From a virus (taxonomy: Duplodnaviria; Heunggongvirae; Uroviricota; Caudoviricetes): 64,000 nucleotides of DNA. A program made the position numbers and the translations under genes. Shown in pieces: positions 18,771-28,099 of the stretch; position 1 is the first letter of the stretch, and the number at the start of each line of letters is the position of its first letter. Under the pieces are notes generated by a model. That model searched no databases. It saw only the letters and a program-made list of their open reading frames with translations, and was not told the DNA's origin. Location: IMG/VR virus record IMGVR_UViG_3300017560_000307; one strand, 5' to 3'.

Positions 18771-19588
18771 CGGGCTATTGCCTGTGCTTGCGTCTCAATC
18801 TTCTTCAACTCCAGATACTCTGGTGTGATGGACTGGGCTTGCTCACGTTGAGCTTCAGCCTCACCACGAGCCTTTTCGATCGCAGCTTCTGCTTCCTTCT
18901 TGACCCGTTCCACCTCGTTATTGGCCTTGACTACCTGCTGGGCTGCCACCTGGGATTGCTCGATTGCCTGGGAGAAGGCCGCGGAGAATGTCAGGTTGAT
19001 GATGTTCACCGAGTCGACCGAGATACCGTACTTTTCCAGTCGTTCACTCAGGTTGGTCTTGGCTGCCTGAGCCACCTCGGATCGCTTCTTGATCAGGTTC
19101 TCGGCCGTGTAATTGGCCGTTGTGGCTTTGAAAGATTCCTGAATCGCTGGGGCAATGACGCGGTCTGCGTAGTTGATGCCGACACCCTGATAGATATCGG
19201 AGACTTTGCCGCGTTCCAGATGGTAGTTCACCGCCAGTTTGGACTGGACGTCCTGCAGATCCTGGCTGGCTGCAGTTGCGTCGACCTCATCTTTCTGGAC
19301 CTGGGTGTTGAAGGTGACGACCTTCTCTATAGGGAAGGGAGCCTTGGTGGTGATACCCGGACTGAGTTCACGGCCGGTAATAGCTCCAAAGCGGGTGATA
19401 ACACCTACCTGTCCAACATCTACAGCAACGACTGAGGTTGAGAGATAGGCGGCAACCAAGACAATAGCGGATGCTATGCCGAGTTTCCTGGCAAGTCCGG
19501 CTGGAGCGTCACTGGCTCCTCGGACAATGAGTGCACCGACACCGGCTGCCAGACCGATGACGGATAAGAGAATAGTGAGAAAGATCAT
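18701..19588 (-). CDS. SPFH/band-7 (stomatin/prohibitin/HflKC-like) membrane protein
   Basis: N-terminal TM followed by GVITRFGAITGRELSPGITTKAPF, a typical SPFH core. Coiled-coil C-terminus. Confidence 0.7.
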   Translation of the reverse strand: MIFLTILLSVIGLAAGVGALIVRGASDAPAGLARKLGIASAIVLVAAYLSTSVVAVDVGQVGVITRFGAITGRELSPGITTKAPFPIEKVVTFNTQVQKDEVDATAASQDLQDVQSKLAVNYHLERGKVSDIYQGVGINYADRVIAPAIQESFKATTANYTAENLIKKRSEVAQAAKTNLSERLEKYGISVDSVNIINLTFSAAFSQAIEQSQVAAQQVVKANNEVERVKKEAEAAIEKARGEAEAQREQAQSITPEYLELKKIETQAQAIARWNGILPTTTGGDGMLFSLPVGR

Positions 19589-19615
19589 ATATGTTGTTTG
19601 TTTTGGGGAGGTTCC

Positions 19616-19888
19616 TTAGGCCTCTTTCTTGACTGGCACCCATTTCTGGATGGTAACGTTCTGTAGCTCTACCTCAGTACATTCAACCTCGTCTTCATAT
19701 TCCCAAGGTTTCATGTCTTCCTGCATCTCGGTGGATGGAAGATCAACGACTGTCTTGTAATGCTTTCCATCTTTCCAGAGGAAGACAATCTCGTGTACTG
19801 TGACCCACCGACGCTGCCCAATGATCGTGCTTGACACGTTATCATAGGCAACATCTTCGTCTCGAAGCTCTTGACTGGGTATCTTCAC
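19616..19888 (-). CDS. hypothetical protein (GTG start)
   Basis: 90 aa. Preceded by the conserved leader motif at 19893-19945. Confidence 0.45.
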   Translation of the reverse strand: MKIPSQELRDEDVAYDNVSSTIIGQRRWVTVHEIVFLWKDGKHYKTVVDLPSTEMQEDMKPWEYEDEVECTEVELQNVTIQKWVPVKKEA

Positions 19889-19892
19889 TTTC

Positions 19893-19945
19893 CTCCATTT
19901 CTGCCCGTGTGGGCGTGTGCCTTATGGCTGTCTCTCTCCTTCTCC
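19893..19945 (-). promoter_or_regulatory. conserved leader motif copy F (GAGAGAGACAGCCATAAGGCACA…GCCC-N4-GGGC hairpin…AGAAATGGAGG)
   Basis: The reverse complement of 19893-19945 nearly matches the leaders at 42228, 43706 and 44153. Confidence 0.45.
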
Positions 19946-19953
19946 AGGACGCG

Positions 19954-20448
19954 CTAGGCTTCCTTTTTGGCTTCGTCCAGCTGTTCCTGGGCCAGGGCAG
20001 CGAGTTCAGTTTTATATTTGTCGACCAGGAATGAGAGGACGAATTGCTCGTTCTGGACCTCAAGATCTGAGTTGAGCACCCCGGTCTTGATAAGCGTCTT
20101 GGTTTCCTTGTCGAATGCCTTTTTGGCGAGTAGTGATAATCTGCTCATGAATGAGCCTCCTTTAGAGAATGTAATAGTTTTGGTCCCTTTGGAACCGGGC
20201 GTGGTGTCAACGTCGTATATGAGATGAGGGACTGGGGTGACGGATGGGGTGGTTACAGGTGTTTCTATTTCCCATTCATCGCCCAAGTTTTGGCACATCA
20301 CAGTATTTCCTATGTAGATCCTTTGACAACCAAGATCGTGATCTACCCCCTCTACGGTAAACGTCTTACCAACCATCTGTTGTTCGGTAACGCCGGAGCC
20401 TTGGGTCACCCGAACGATGTCTCCTACTTGTGTTATCTGTTTTGTCAT
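19954..20448 (-). CDS. hypothetical protein
   Basis: 164 aa, lying in the minus-strand operon. Confidence 0.45.
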   Translation of the reverse strand: MTKQITQVGDIVRVTQGSGVTEQQMVGKTFTVEGVDHDLGCQRIYIGNTVMCQNLGDEWEIETPVTTPSVTPVPHLIYDVDTTPGSKGTKTITFSKGGSFMSRLSLLAKKAFDKETKTLIKTGVLNSDLEVQNEQFVLSFLVDKYKTELAALAQEQLDEAKKEA

Positions 20449-20643
20449 TTACCTCCGTTCTTTGATTTCTTCTATGGCGGATTTTGCGACGTAGGTCAGC
20501 TCACCCCGCTTGTTCCTGAATTGAGGAACGGTCGTCCCATCGTCATCAGTCAGGGTGAGAATCTCTCCCTTCTTCATGCGGGATCCGTAGTTCGTGATGA
20601 GTCGGTATTGCTTACCGGCCTCGAGCTTCACCGCGGCGTTCAT
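20449..20643 (-). CDS. hypothetical small protein
   Basis: 64 aa. ATGA overlap with the upstream gene. Confidence 0.4.
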   Translation of the reverse strand: MNAAVKLEAGKQYRLITNYGSRMKKGEILTLTDDDGTTVPQFRNKRGELTYVAKSAIEEIKERR

Positions 20644-20993
20644 GGCTGCACCTTTCGTGGTCGACCAGGCTTACGCTTGACTGGTTGGGTCTCGGCCGGT
20701 GTCTCTATCTGAGAAGAGTTGTTGACCACAAACTTCCTGGGCTCGGTATAGAGCGATGTGAGTCTGTCTTGGTCTTTCTGTAAGTTCTTTGACAGCGGTT
20801 GGCCGAAGGCTCCGACGCGATTCAGGACCATGGCAGATCCAAATCCCAAGACTGCACTAAAGGCCAAGGTAAGGATTGTTTCAATTTGCATGTATTGATT
20901 CACCTCCTTTAGGTAGCTTTGCTTGTAATTCGACGATAGTGTTGCGGGACCAGATAACCTGCTCTTCCAGGCCCAGGGCGAATCGCCCACCAC
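20640..20993 (-). CDS. membrane protein with AT-hook-like C-terminus (probable true start ATG 20891 with SD AAGGAGGTG)
   Basis: An internal Met is preceded by a strong SD. That start overlaps the upstream gene stop by 11 nt. The C-terminus is KRKPGRPRKV. Confidence 0.45.
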   Translation of the reverse strand: MVGDSPWAWKSRLSGPATLSSNYKQSYLKEVNQYMQIETILTLAFSAVLGFGSAMVLNRVGAFGQPLSKNLQKDQDRLTSLYTEPRKFVVNNSSQIETPAETQPVKRKPGRPRKVQP

Positions 20994-21087
20994 GTCGCTC
21001 CTTTCTCAGTTTTTTGAGGAGGAAGAAATATCGGAGATTTGCTTCCGCCAGTTCCTGATGCAATGTTGTTTGGGCAGTGTGTGACAT
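20881..21087 (-). CDS. hypothetical small basic protein
   Basis: 68 aa. Coupled to the downstream gene through an ATGCAAATTGA overlap. Confidence 0.4.
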   Translation of the reverse strand: MSHTAQTTLHQELAEANLRYFFLLKKLRKERRGGRFALGLEEQVIWSRNTIVELQAKLPKGGESIHAN

Positions 21088-21099
21088 AGAGGTTCCTTT

Positions 21100-22017
21100 C
21101 TAATGCTCCTGGGCCGCCAGATTGGCGAAGTCATCATCGACAGACTCGGTTGAGCCGTCCGGGTTCGTTTTTATTGTGGGTTGCTGGAATAGTGCTTCTG
21201 CTTCGGCCCACATATCTGGATCAACATCATCTGGTGCTGGTCGGGCTGGAGTAGATGAAGCAGCTGGGGTTGCATCTTCCTGATTGAGCATGGCTCGCCA
21301 GTCACTGTTCTTGCTGTGGAAGTAGCAGATGATGTGGCCATCGTGATAGTGGCGGGTCTTCTCTGCTTTTGAGGCCCAGACCGTATTTTTGCAGTCATGT
21401 ATCTCGCACGGAAGATCTGTTGCTTTTCCTGCAGATACAGCGAGATGATTCTGTGCCGGAGTGACAGCGGGATGGCTAGATTCTTTGCTGTCTAGAGGTT
21501 TAGATGTCTTGACAGGAGGGTGACTTGATGGCAAAGTTCCGGCCGGTTTTGATGGTTGATTTGGAGTTCTTACTCGTTGTTTGTGGTGCTCGTCGGAGTC
21601 CGCATCCTTAGTGTCGTCGATCAGGAACATGCCATTGAGTGAGTATTTTCGGGCATAGGAGCTAGTAGCCCCGGTTACCTGGGACGCGTCCATCCCCTTC
21701 TTTGATTCATCCTCTCTTGCAAGTGCGGTTGTGACCTTTGTCCCTTGACCGTGGATGTCTTCAAGGGTGGATATCGCCCTGATGTAGTAGCGATCACCTG
21801 TCAACACCAGCTCATCAACCTGAGTTAGCACCATGTCGTATTTGATGAGTAGCGGCTTTACCGCCTCAAGGATGGACTCATTACTTCGGTATTTGAATCC
21901 ACCAAAGGAATTGTTAAGATCCTTAGGTGCCTTCAACTCCGCCTGGATGAGTCCCAGACGCTGCAGAAAGGTCATTTCAACAGATTTCTCTTGTGGAGCA
22001 GTCTTGGTTTCTGGCAT
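21100..22017 (-). CDS. ERF-family single-strand annealing protein (recombinase)
   Basis: GATSSYARKYSLNGMFLIDD matches the ERF signature YARKYAL. First gene of the minus-strand operon, downstream of an AT-rich promoter region. Confidence 0.6.
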   Translation of the reverse strand: MPETKTAPQEKSVEMTFLQRLGLIQAELKAPKDLNNSFGGFKYRSNESILEAVKPLLIKYDMVLTQVDELVLTGDRYYIRAISTLEDIHGQGTKVTTALAREDESKKGMDASQVTGATSSYARKYSLNGMFLIDDTKDADSDEHHKQRVRTPNQPSKPAGTLPSSHPPVKTSKPLDSKESSHPAVTPAQNHLAVSAGKATDLPCEIHDCKNTVWASKAEKTRHYHDGHIICYFHSKNSDWRAMLNQEDATPAASSTPARPAPDDVDPDMWAEAEALFQQPTIKTNPDGSTESVDDDFANLAAQEH

Positions 22018-22283
22018 AGAATATCCCCCTTATTATTTCCATATCTGTGATAGAGCTGTGGCAGCCAGGAGGCCCCAGAAGATTCCTTGGGCAATCTGGT
22101 ATGGGGTTATCCCAGCCTTGACGGCTAACTTGCGAGATGGTGTATAGATGTATTTGGTATTCATAGTGTTTATGGGTTATAGATACATCATATAGATTTA
22201 TTTAACATATGTCAATATGCCAATTTAGACTATTGATTTAATGTTGGGAATATGCATTAATAGATGTAATTACTCAACTGCCC

Positions 22284-23069
22284 ATGTATGAAGATCTAAC
22301 CTGCAAACCAATACCCATGTCTCTTCGAGATCCCAAACTCGAAGGCATTGATATCACCACCCTTCCCTGGAAGAAGGTGGTAGTCACCAAGCTCATCAAG
22401 CGAGAAGAGTTCCTCTACCGTGGGGATACACATGGGTATGACTTCTGGGGCAAACTCCGGCGATCGCCAACGGTTAGTCATAAGTACGTCCGGCTCCCAG
22501 AGGGACTAGTCCGAGACCACAATGTTTGTGTGGTCTATAAGACTGGCGAGACCATCAACGGCTTCATGCTCATCTTCCAGAATGCCGCCCCCGCCTTTAC
22601 CAAACCCATCAGCATCAAGAAACCGGAGATCTTCGAGTATTTCCATTGGACGCCGTTCATGCCGCCATCCAAAACCAAACACCAGGACGCGCTATTGCTG
22701 TCTCCTGAGAAGGAACAAGAATTCGAGGAGCGAAAGCGTCGTTGGTCTGGATTACCACCCAGCAATCACGAACCCACAACCCAGGTCAAGTACTACTGCA
22801 GTGGCGGGGAGGAACGGGATGGGAAACTGATCCCCCATACGACGTTGCGAGACTTCGATGCACCACCACTCAAGGACTGCCCGCGGTGCGGTGCAGTGAT
22901 GCTGCAAAACAAGCCACAGCAATGTGACTTCTGCGGTAATACCAGGAATCTTCGTCCGTACAGGAAGCAGAAAACCCGTCGATATGGCGGGAAAGAGCAG
23001 ACCTATGAGGATTTGATGGGTAAGTGGTGCAAGGATTGCCGACAAAAGCAAGAGAGGGAGGAGGTATAA
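22284..23069 (+). CDS. hypothetical protein with C-terminal zinc ribbon
   Basis: CPRCG…CDFCG. First plus-strand gene after the AT-rich divergent region. Confidence 0.45.
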   Translation: MYEDLTCKPIPMSLRDPKLEGIDITTLPWKKVVVTKLIKREEFLYRGDTHGYDFWGKLRRSPTVSHKYVRLPEGLVRDHNVCVVYKTGETINGFMLIFQNAAPAFTKPISIKKPEIFEYFHWTPFMPPSKTKHQDALLLSPEKEQEFEERKRRWSGLPPSNHEPTTQVKYYCSGGEERDGKLIPHTTLRDFDAPPLKDCPRCGAVMLQNKPQQCDFCGNTRNLRPYRKQKTRRYGGKEQTYEDLMGKWCKDCRQKQEREEV

Positions 23070-23180
23070 TGAAGTTACGCATAAGCAAGTTCTATGTAGT
23101 GCAGCATACATGGGGATATAAAGATCGATTTCAGGAGCTGCATTCTGGAGTCGATCTTTTTGTTTACCATGAATGCATAA

Positions 23181-23483
23181 GTGCATAGGAGAATGATGAG
23201 TAAGATGAGTAAGATGAAATATCAAACGAACTGGATACCGCAGTTCGGCGCACCAGTTCTACCTCCAGCGAAACCAAAATCAAGACGCTCTACCAAGAAA
23301 CGGCGGGGATCGTGGCAGAAGCCCAGCGAGGCGATGCGGAGATTAGAACTCAGCAAATGCAAGATCACTAAAATGGACCTGAGGACGGGCGAAGTCCTAG
23401 CCGTCATCGAGCCAACGAGCCGGGCCAAGCCGAAATTGTATGGATCCACCGGCCGCAATCCTCACATCCCCCAGAAGACGTAG
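23181..23483 (+). CDS. hypothetical basic protein
   Basis: Lys/Arg-rich, 100 aa. Confidence 0.35.
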   Translation: MHRRMMSKMSKMKYQTNWIPQFGAPVLPPAKPKSRRSTKKRRGSWQKPSEAMRRLELSKCKITKMDLRTGEVLAVIEPTSRAKPKLYGSTGRNPHIPQKT

Positions 23484-23925
23484 CTGATTGATCAGAGGTG
23501 ACACTTCCCATGCCATCTCAAATCAGGCATCTATGACCTGACCGTGACCCATAAATGCAGCACATGGAGTGAACGAGCCGACGAAGGCTCAGGAAAAACA
23601 CTGTAACAAACGATGCTGATGCCAATGAACCGACACTGACACTCTCAGGGTTGCGACTTGGTGATAAAAATCCACTATTAGCCGTTGACTTGCCCCAACG
23701 GAGTGGCTACGGAACCCCGGAAACCCTAAGAAGTAATGGCCGTAGGTAGTTAGAGGTATTGTCGCTTCAATAAGTGCCCGTTTTTCTGCCGTTGCTATCT
23801 TGGGGGGTAGGGGGGCTATTCCCCTGCCAACTCACCATCCCACCTCACCTCTAGGGTGTCGAGTAGTTGAATACACCAACCCCTTCAATCTTCTGGCCGG
23901 TAATCCATTTCCCAGGTCGTGAATA

Positions 23926-23954
23926 TTGACATAATTACTAAATGAGTGTATAAG
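23926..23954 (+). promoter_or_regulatory. sigma70-type promoter, family copy 1 (TTGACA-N17-TATAAG)
   Basis: -35 TTGACA at 23926-23931, a 17-nt spacer, -10 TATAAG at 23949-23954. Upstream of the gene at 23963. Confidence 0.55.
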
Positions 23955-23962
23955 GAAAGTAT

Positions 23963-24265
23963 ATGACATTCGACAAACACAATCTCCCAACCAAATTCCT
24001 GCGTCCCCCCGTTAAAGCCACCCACGAACACGCTATAGAAACGTGGCCACGAAACTGGAGCGTCTATTTCATCGCCAGACATTGGAGTGGGGGAGAGAAA
24101 GGCTGTCTGACCACGATTGCCAAGTGGTTACAGCAGGTCGATCCACAGCCCAAGCCTCTGACCCGCCAACGTGTACAGGCGATCCGGGACAGCGTGTCCT
24201 GGGCCTTGCGAGACTACTCCGACGGCGAGCTGGGCATAAACACCGACACTGACGCGGTAAAATAG
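23963..24265 (+). CDS. hypothetical protein
   Basis: 100 aa, directly downstream of the promoter. Confidence 0.45.
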   Translation: MTFDKHNLPTKFLRPPVKATHEHAIETWPRNWSVYFIARHWSGGEKGCLTTIAKWLQQVDPQPKPLTRQRVQAIRDSVSWALRDYSDGELGINTDTDAVK

Positions 24266-24392
24266 ACATGTAACCATTTAAACATCTGTACATCTAGCGG
24301 CGTCATCTTCCCCCTTAGGTGGCGTTGCTTGACCTACAGATGTTTAGGGGACCATCAGGGAACATTGCCACCGGTAATCGACTCCCGCTGTT

Positions 24393-24938
24393 ATGACCTT
24401 ATCGGAATACTCAAGAGCCGTGGCCAGCGTCCTTCTTGGCCTGGCCTCGCTCTTCGGTTCATTGCCACCAGCCCTGCCGGCGGCCGAGCCAATCATCATC
24501 ACTCCCAGCAACACTGATCTTGTTTTTGCGGCCACACCACCGGAAACGCATATCCAGAAAACGCAGATTACATCTGAAGTTATTGCTCCCGAACCAGATA
24601 CACGACATATCCCATTGGCTATGCCAACTCCTAATACACCCGCCTCTGGCGGGAACAAATATGAATGGATGGAGGCAGCTGGAATACCCGAATCAGATTG
24701 GCAATACGTTGATTTCATCATCACCAGGGAGAGTGGGTGGCGATACACGGCCGTCAATAGCAGTTCAGGAGCGACTGGACTTTGCCAGGCACTCCCTGGA
24801 TCCAAGATGGCTTCAGTGGGAGCGGACTACCTCACAAATCCTGTGACTCAGCTGAGATGGTGCCACTCATATGCGATCCAGAGGTATCGGGGTTGGTACA
24901 GCTCATACCAATTTTGGCTGGCCAATCATTGGTGGTGA
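24393..24938 (+). CDS. secreted transglycosylase-like (Rpf/3D-type lysozyme-like) protein
   Basis: N-terminal signal peptide. The C-terminal domain IITRESGWRYTAVNSSSGATGLCQ resembles the transglycosylase-like ESG…GL.Q motif. Confidence 0.5.
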   Translation: MTLSEYSRAVASVLLGLASLFGSLPPALPAAEPIIITPSNTDLVFAATPPETHIQKTQITSEVIAPEPDTRHIPLAMPTPNTPASGGNKYEWMEAAGIPESDWQYVDFIITRESGWRYTAVNSSSGATGLCQALPGSKMASVGADYLTNPVTQLRWCHSYAIQRYRGWYSSYQFWLANHWW

Positions 24939-24967
24939 GAAGGGAGCTCTATTAAAAGGAAGACACC

Positions 24968-25243
24968 ATGATCCGCCTCCACCGTTTTGATCAGTACTCG
25001 ATCCTACTATGGTGGTCAAAGAGGCCTTCAGCGCATCGCCAGGATCTGCTCTATGTAGCTGAGATGGCACGATCATACCAGGTGGATCCCCAAGACCTGG
25101 CGATACCCAAACTCCGACGATTTATCCGCAAGCTACTCCGAAGACACCGGCTAATTCCAACCAATCGACCACCAACCGATGCCGACTACCAGGCAGCCAA
25201 GGAGACGTTTCTGGAATGGTGGTACGGCCAGGACATCATCTAA
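24968..25243 (+). CDS. hypothetical protein
   Basis: 91 aa. Confidence 0.4.
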   Translation: MIRLHRFDQYSILLWWSKRPSAHRQDLLYVAEMARSYQVDPQDLAIPKLRRFIRKLLRRHRLIPTNRPPTDADYQAAKETFLEWWYGQDII

Positions 25244-25391
25244 ATCTATGAAAGCACTCAAGACCACAAAGACCAGACGAATTCCACACTACAAAAAGAC
25301 CTGCAAGACGTGTGGCCGCAGGCATTATCACTTTGAATATGCAAATTGCCAGACCGCCAAGTGGCAGCTAGCCAAGGAGGAGGATGTTTGA
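25179..25391 (+). CDS. small zinc-ribbon protein (probable start ATG about 25248, 47 aa)
   Basis: CKTCGRRHYHFEYANC. Overlaps the rusA start. Confidence 0.35.
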   Translation: MPTTRQPRRRFWNGGTARTSSKSMKALKTTKTRRIPHYKKTCKTCGRRHYHFEYANCQTAKWQLAKEEDV

Positions 25392-25791
25392 GTGGTCGGC
25401 GGTCATCGAAGGCATCCGGCCGATCAGCAAGAAAAACTCAAGGCGTAACTTCCGCAATCGATCATTGCCATCCGTGGCGCATGAGAAATTCCACGCTGAA
25501 GCATTCCCCATCATTTATCAACAAAGGCCATCTACGCCCCTCACAGGAGCGACCGTGGCCATTATTCATGTCTACTTAAAAGGAAGGCTGGATATTGACT
25601 GGGATAATGTCGGCGCCAGCTGGTGTGACTTGCTGCAAGATGCTGGAGTGATTGAGAACGACGCCCAGATTCGCATGGGAACGGTAATCAAGCATCCTGG
25701 CTCGGCCGACTGGAGATCAGAGATCCACTTGCTGAACTGGGATGATGTAATCAAGGAACCAGACGAGCTTCTCAGTCTTATCCTTCAATAG
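25384..25791 (+). CDS. rusA: RusA-family Holliday junction resolvase
   Basis: GRLDIDWDNVGASWCDLLQDAGVIENDAQI matches the RusA D-x-D-N and catalytic region. Confidence 0.55.
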   Translation: MFEWSAVIEGIRPISKKNSRRNFRNRSLPSVAHEKFHAEAFPIIYQQRPSTPLTGATVAIIHVYLKGRLDIDWDNVGASWCDLLQDAGVIENDAQIRMGTVIKHPGSADWRSEIHLLNWDDVIKEPDELLSLILQ

Positions 25792-25864
25792 TGGGTTTTG
25801 GTTGTCGTGAGGCTGCCAAATTCGCACAATCCTCGTTATACGAATAATCAGGTTATCCGCGTCT

Positions 25865-26314
25865 TTATCGAGACGGCCTAGTATCTATCACTTCTCTAAT
25901 TGCCCTTCCTATCACCTTCATCTCTTCATGAGTAAACCAGTCGCTTTTCGTTCTATTACATAGGAAGCACGACGGGACTACGTTATCCAGCGTATATCCC
26001 TTCTTGGGATCTACCCGATCCAATCCGCTTCCAGTGTTTTTCTGAGCATCCACCGAGCTTCTTCCTGTCACGGGAAGTCCACAATAGACGCAATCGCAAT
26101 CCTGAAATAAAAGATAATCCTTTCTGGTTATATCCATCTCGACTCCCAATTTCCTTGCAGTGTACTCAAGTCGGAGGAACTTACTATTGGGTTGTCTTGC
26201 TTTCTTGTGTGTATGTTCCTTATAGCAATCCATACAGATTTTTGAATATCGAGACCTAAACCTGTCTATCTCTGATTCTCTCCCGCACCACCGACAAACA
26301 AACTGTATTGGCAT
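25865..26314 (-). CDS. HNH endonuclease (free-standing, with N-terminal zinc finger)
   Basis: CVYCGLPV…LDRVDPKKGYTLDNVVPSCFLCN. Confidence 0.6.
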   Translation of the reverse strand: MPIQFVCRWCGRESEIDRFRSRYSKICMDCYKEHTHKKARQPNSKFLRLEYTARKLGVEMDITRKDYLLFQDCDCVYCGLPVTGRSSVDAQKNTGSGLDRVDPKKGYTLDNVVPSCFLCNRTKSDWFTHEEMKVIGRAIREVIDTRPSR

Positions 26315-26548
26315 AGACCTCCTACTAAAAAGACCGACTCCAAAGTGTTCACCCAGGGAGACGGTCTATTTTCAAAATATAGTTGTATCTGGATGAACTG
26401 ATACATCATCTCATATATAAACATTATGTCAACTATCCTATAGTGCTTAATACGTTCGATTATAGGACTTTTGGTGACCTCAGAAACCCCATAGTAAAAT
26501 AGCCCTTTTCACTTCCCGAAACCCGTGCCATAATCAACGTGCCATTAC

Positions 26549-27142
26549 TTGTACGTTTTTGAGCTACTGGGAAGAATAATCATGCTGATCGGCTACGCTC
26601 GCGTCTCAACTGGCGACCAGACACTGGATTTACAAACCGACGCTCTCACCTCAACTGGCTGCGACCAAATTTTCACCGATATGACATCAGGAGCCAAAGC
26701 TCACAGACCAGGATTGGATGAAGCTATCAAGTACGTCCGACCCGGCGACACACTGGTAGTCTGGCGGCTTGATCGTCTCGGTCGCTCGCTTCGTCACCTG
26801 ATCGAAACCGTCAATGACCTGGAAGCTCGCGGCGTCGGGTTCCGTTCCCTCACGGAGTCGATCGACACCACCACGCCTGGTGGCAAGTTGATCTTCCATA
26901 TCTTCGCGTCCCTGGCAGAGTTCGAGCGGGCCCTGATTCAGGAACGCACCAACGCCGGTTTGGCAGCAGCTCGAGCTCGAGGCCGGGTTGGTGGCCGACC
27001 GAAGAAGCTGACGGACAAGCAGGTGGCTCTGGCCAAGCGGATGCATGCCGACAAACAAACAGACATCGCCACCATCTGTCAGACGCTGGGGATCTCCAAG
27101 TCGACACTGTATCGAATACTCAATGAGCCTTCTTCGTCATAG
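26549..27142 (+). CDS. small serine recombinase (resolvase/invertase family) with C-terminal HTH; probable start ATG 26582
   Basis: MLIGYARVSTGDQ carries the catalytic Ser, followed by GDTLVVWRLDRLGRS. C-terminal HTH ATICQTLGISKSTLYR. Confidence 0.7.
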   Translation: MYVFELLGRIIMLIGYARVSTGDQTLDLQTDALTSTGCDQIFTDMTSGAKAHRPGLDEAIKYVRPGDTLVVWRLDRLGRSLRHLIETVNDLEARGVGFRSLTESIDTTTPGGKLIFHIFASLAEFERALIQERTNAGLAAARARGRVGGRPKKLTDKQVALAKRMHADKQTDIATICQTLGISKSTLYRILNEPSSS

Positions 27143-27230
27143 CGATGGTGCTCCAGATGGACTCCACTAAAGGGATATGTTGTGTGGAGTAGATGGTTTG
27201 AAGGCTGATGGGACAGTGCGCTCTGTCCCT

Positions 27231-27728
27231 CTACCCAATATCCTCGACCAATTCCTTGAGCCTCGCCTCCCCAAAAGGTTTCCACTCCGGATCCCCGAAC
27301 ATCACATGGTTGACTCCAGACATGTACCGGATACGAGGCTTCCAGTGAGTGAAGGTGACGCGATCGAACGTATCGACCTGGAGTCTCCCCCACTCTCCTT
27401 CATGCCCTGGATAATGTTCAACCAGGATCAAGTCTTCTGCCTGATCGAGCCAACCCGGCAAGAACTTGGCAATTAGTCGCGGGTACAGTTCTGGCGCAGC
27501 ACCGGTGATACTGGTGCCTTCGTTGTCATCACATTCGCTAACCAGGACCAACGGAGCCAGACCGGGACCGGTATAGATGCGGACACGGCAATGCGCCATT
27601 ATCAGATTCCGCCCCTGATAAGCGAAGATCTCATCAATGACGTTGGTGCGTTTCACTGCCTTCTCCTTGAAAACTGCTTCTTGATTACATAAACATATTG
27701 ATGGTAAAATGGTTATACATCCAGACAT
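27231..27728 (-). CDS. hypothetical protein
   Basis: 165 aa. Its upstream region at 27722-27776 holds palindromic operator-like repeats. Confidence 0.4.
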   Translation of the reverse strand: MSGCITILPSICLCNQEAVFKEKAVKRTNVIDEIFAYQGRNLIMAHCRVRIYTGPGLAPLVLVSECDDNEGTSITGAAPELYPRLIAKFLPGWLDQAEDLILVEHYPGHEGEWGRLQVDTFDRVTFTHWKPRIRYMSGVNHVMFGDPEWKPFGEARLKELVEDIG

Positions 27729-27776
27729 TAAGATTTTTCAATGTCTATACATCGAGATGTTTAAACATCTCGATGG
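27722..27776. promoter_or_regulatory. operator-like palindromes (AGACATT-n10-AATGTCT and 26-bp perfect palindrome CATCGAGATGTTTAAACATCTCGATG)
   Basis: Perfect inverted repeats built on the ACATC/GATGT half-site that recurs across the window. Confidence 0.5.
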
Positions 27777-27864
27777 CTCGGAATGTCATTTAGGGATGCG
27801 CATGGTGCGAAGCTGGTCTCCAAAACCGGCCGCAAGGGATTTCGACTATCTCCGTCCCTGCCAT

Positions 27865-27937
27865 AGCGGGTTGGAGTAACAGTAACTCGGAAGGCTCATA
27901 ATCTTCGTCTATCTCGGTGCAAATCCGAGACCCGCAA
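27865..27937 (+). tRNA. tRNA-Met: tRNA-Met/Ile2 (CAT)
   Basis: Cloverleaf by hand. D-arm GAGT/ACTC, anticodon loop CTCATAA, T-arm CTCGG-TGCAAAT-CCGAG, CCA encoded. Mismatch at acceptor pair 1:72. Confidence 0.6.
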
Positions 27938-27946
27938 CCAATATAC

Positions 27947-28017
27947 CGACTGATGGCCGATTGGCTAGGCACGCGATTGCAAACCGTGGAATCCCCGTTC
28001 GATTCGGGGTCAGTCGT
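27947..28017 (+). tRNA. tRNA-Cys: tRNA-Cys (GCA)
   Basis: Acceptor CGACTGA/TCAGTCG, anticodon loop TTGCAAA, T-arm CCCCG-TTCGATT-CGGGG, CCA encoded. Short D-stem. Confidence 0.55.
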
Positions 28018-28021
28018 CCAT

Positions 28022-28094
28022 ACGCTCATAGCTCAGTGAATAGAGCAGTTGCCTTCGAAGCAGCAGGTCGGAGGTTTGAATCCTTCTGGGCGTA
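28022..28094 (+). tRNA. tRNA-Arg: tRNA-Arg (TCG)
   Basis: D-arm AGCTCAGTGAATAGAGC, anticodon loop CTTCGAA, T-loop TTTGAAT, CCA encoded. Confidence 0.65.
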
Positions 28095-28099
28095 CCAAT

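Noticed and set aside
26549-27142. The serine recombinase as a prophage integrase marking an integration boundary
   Set aside because: At about 190 aa it is the resolvase/invertase size class, not a large serine integrase. No att-like tRNA fragment or host genes flank it within the window.
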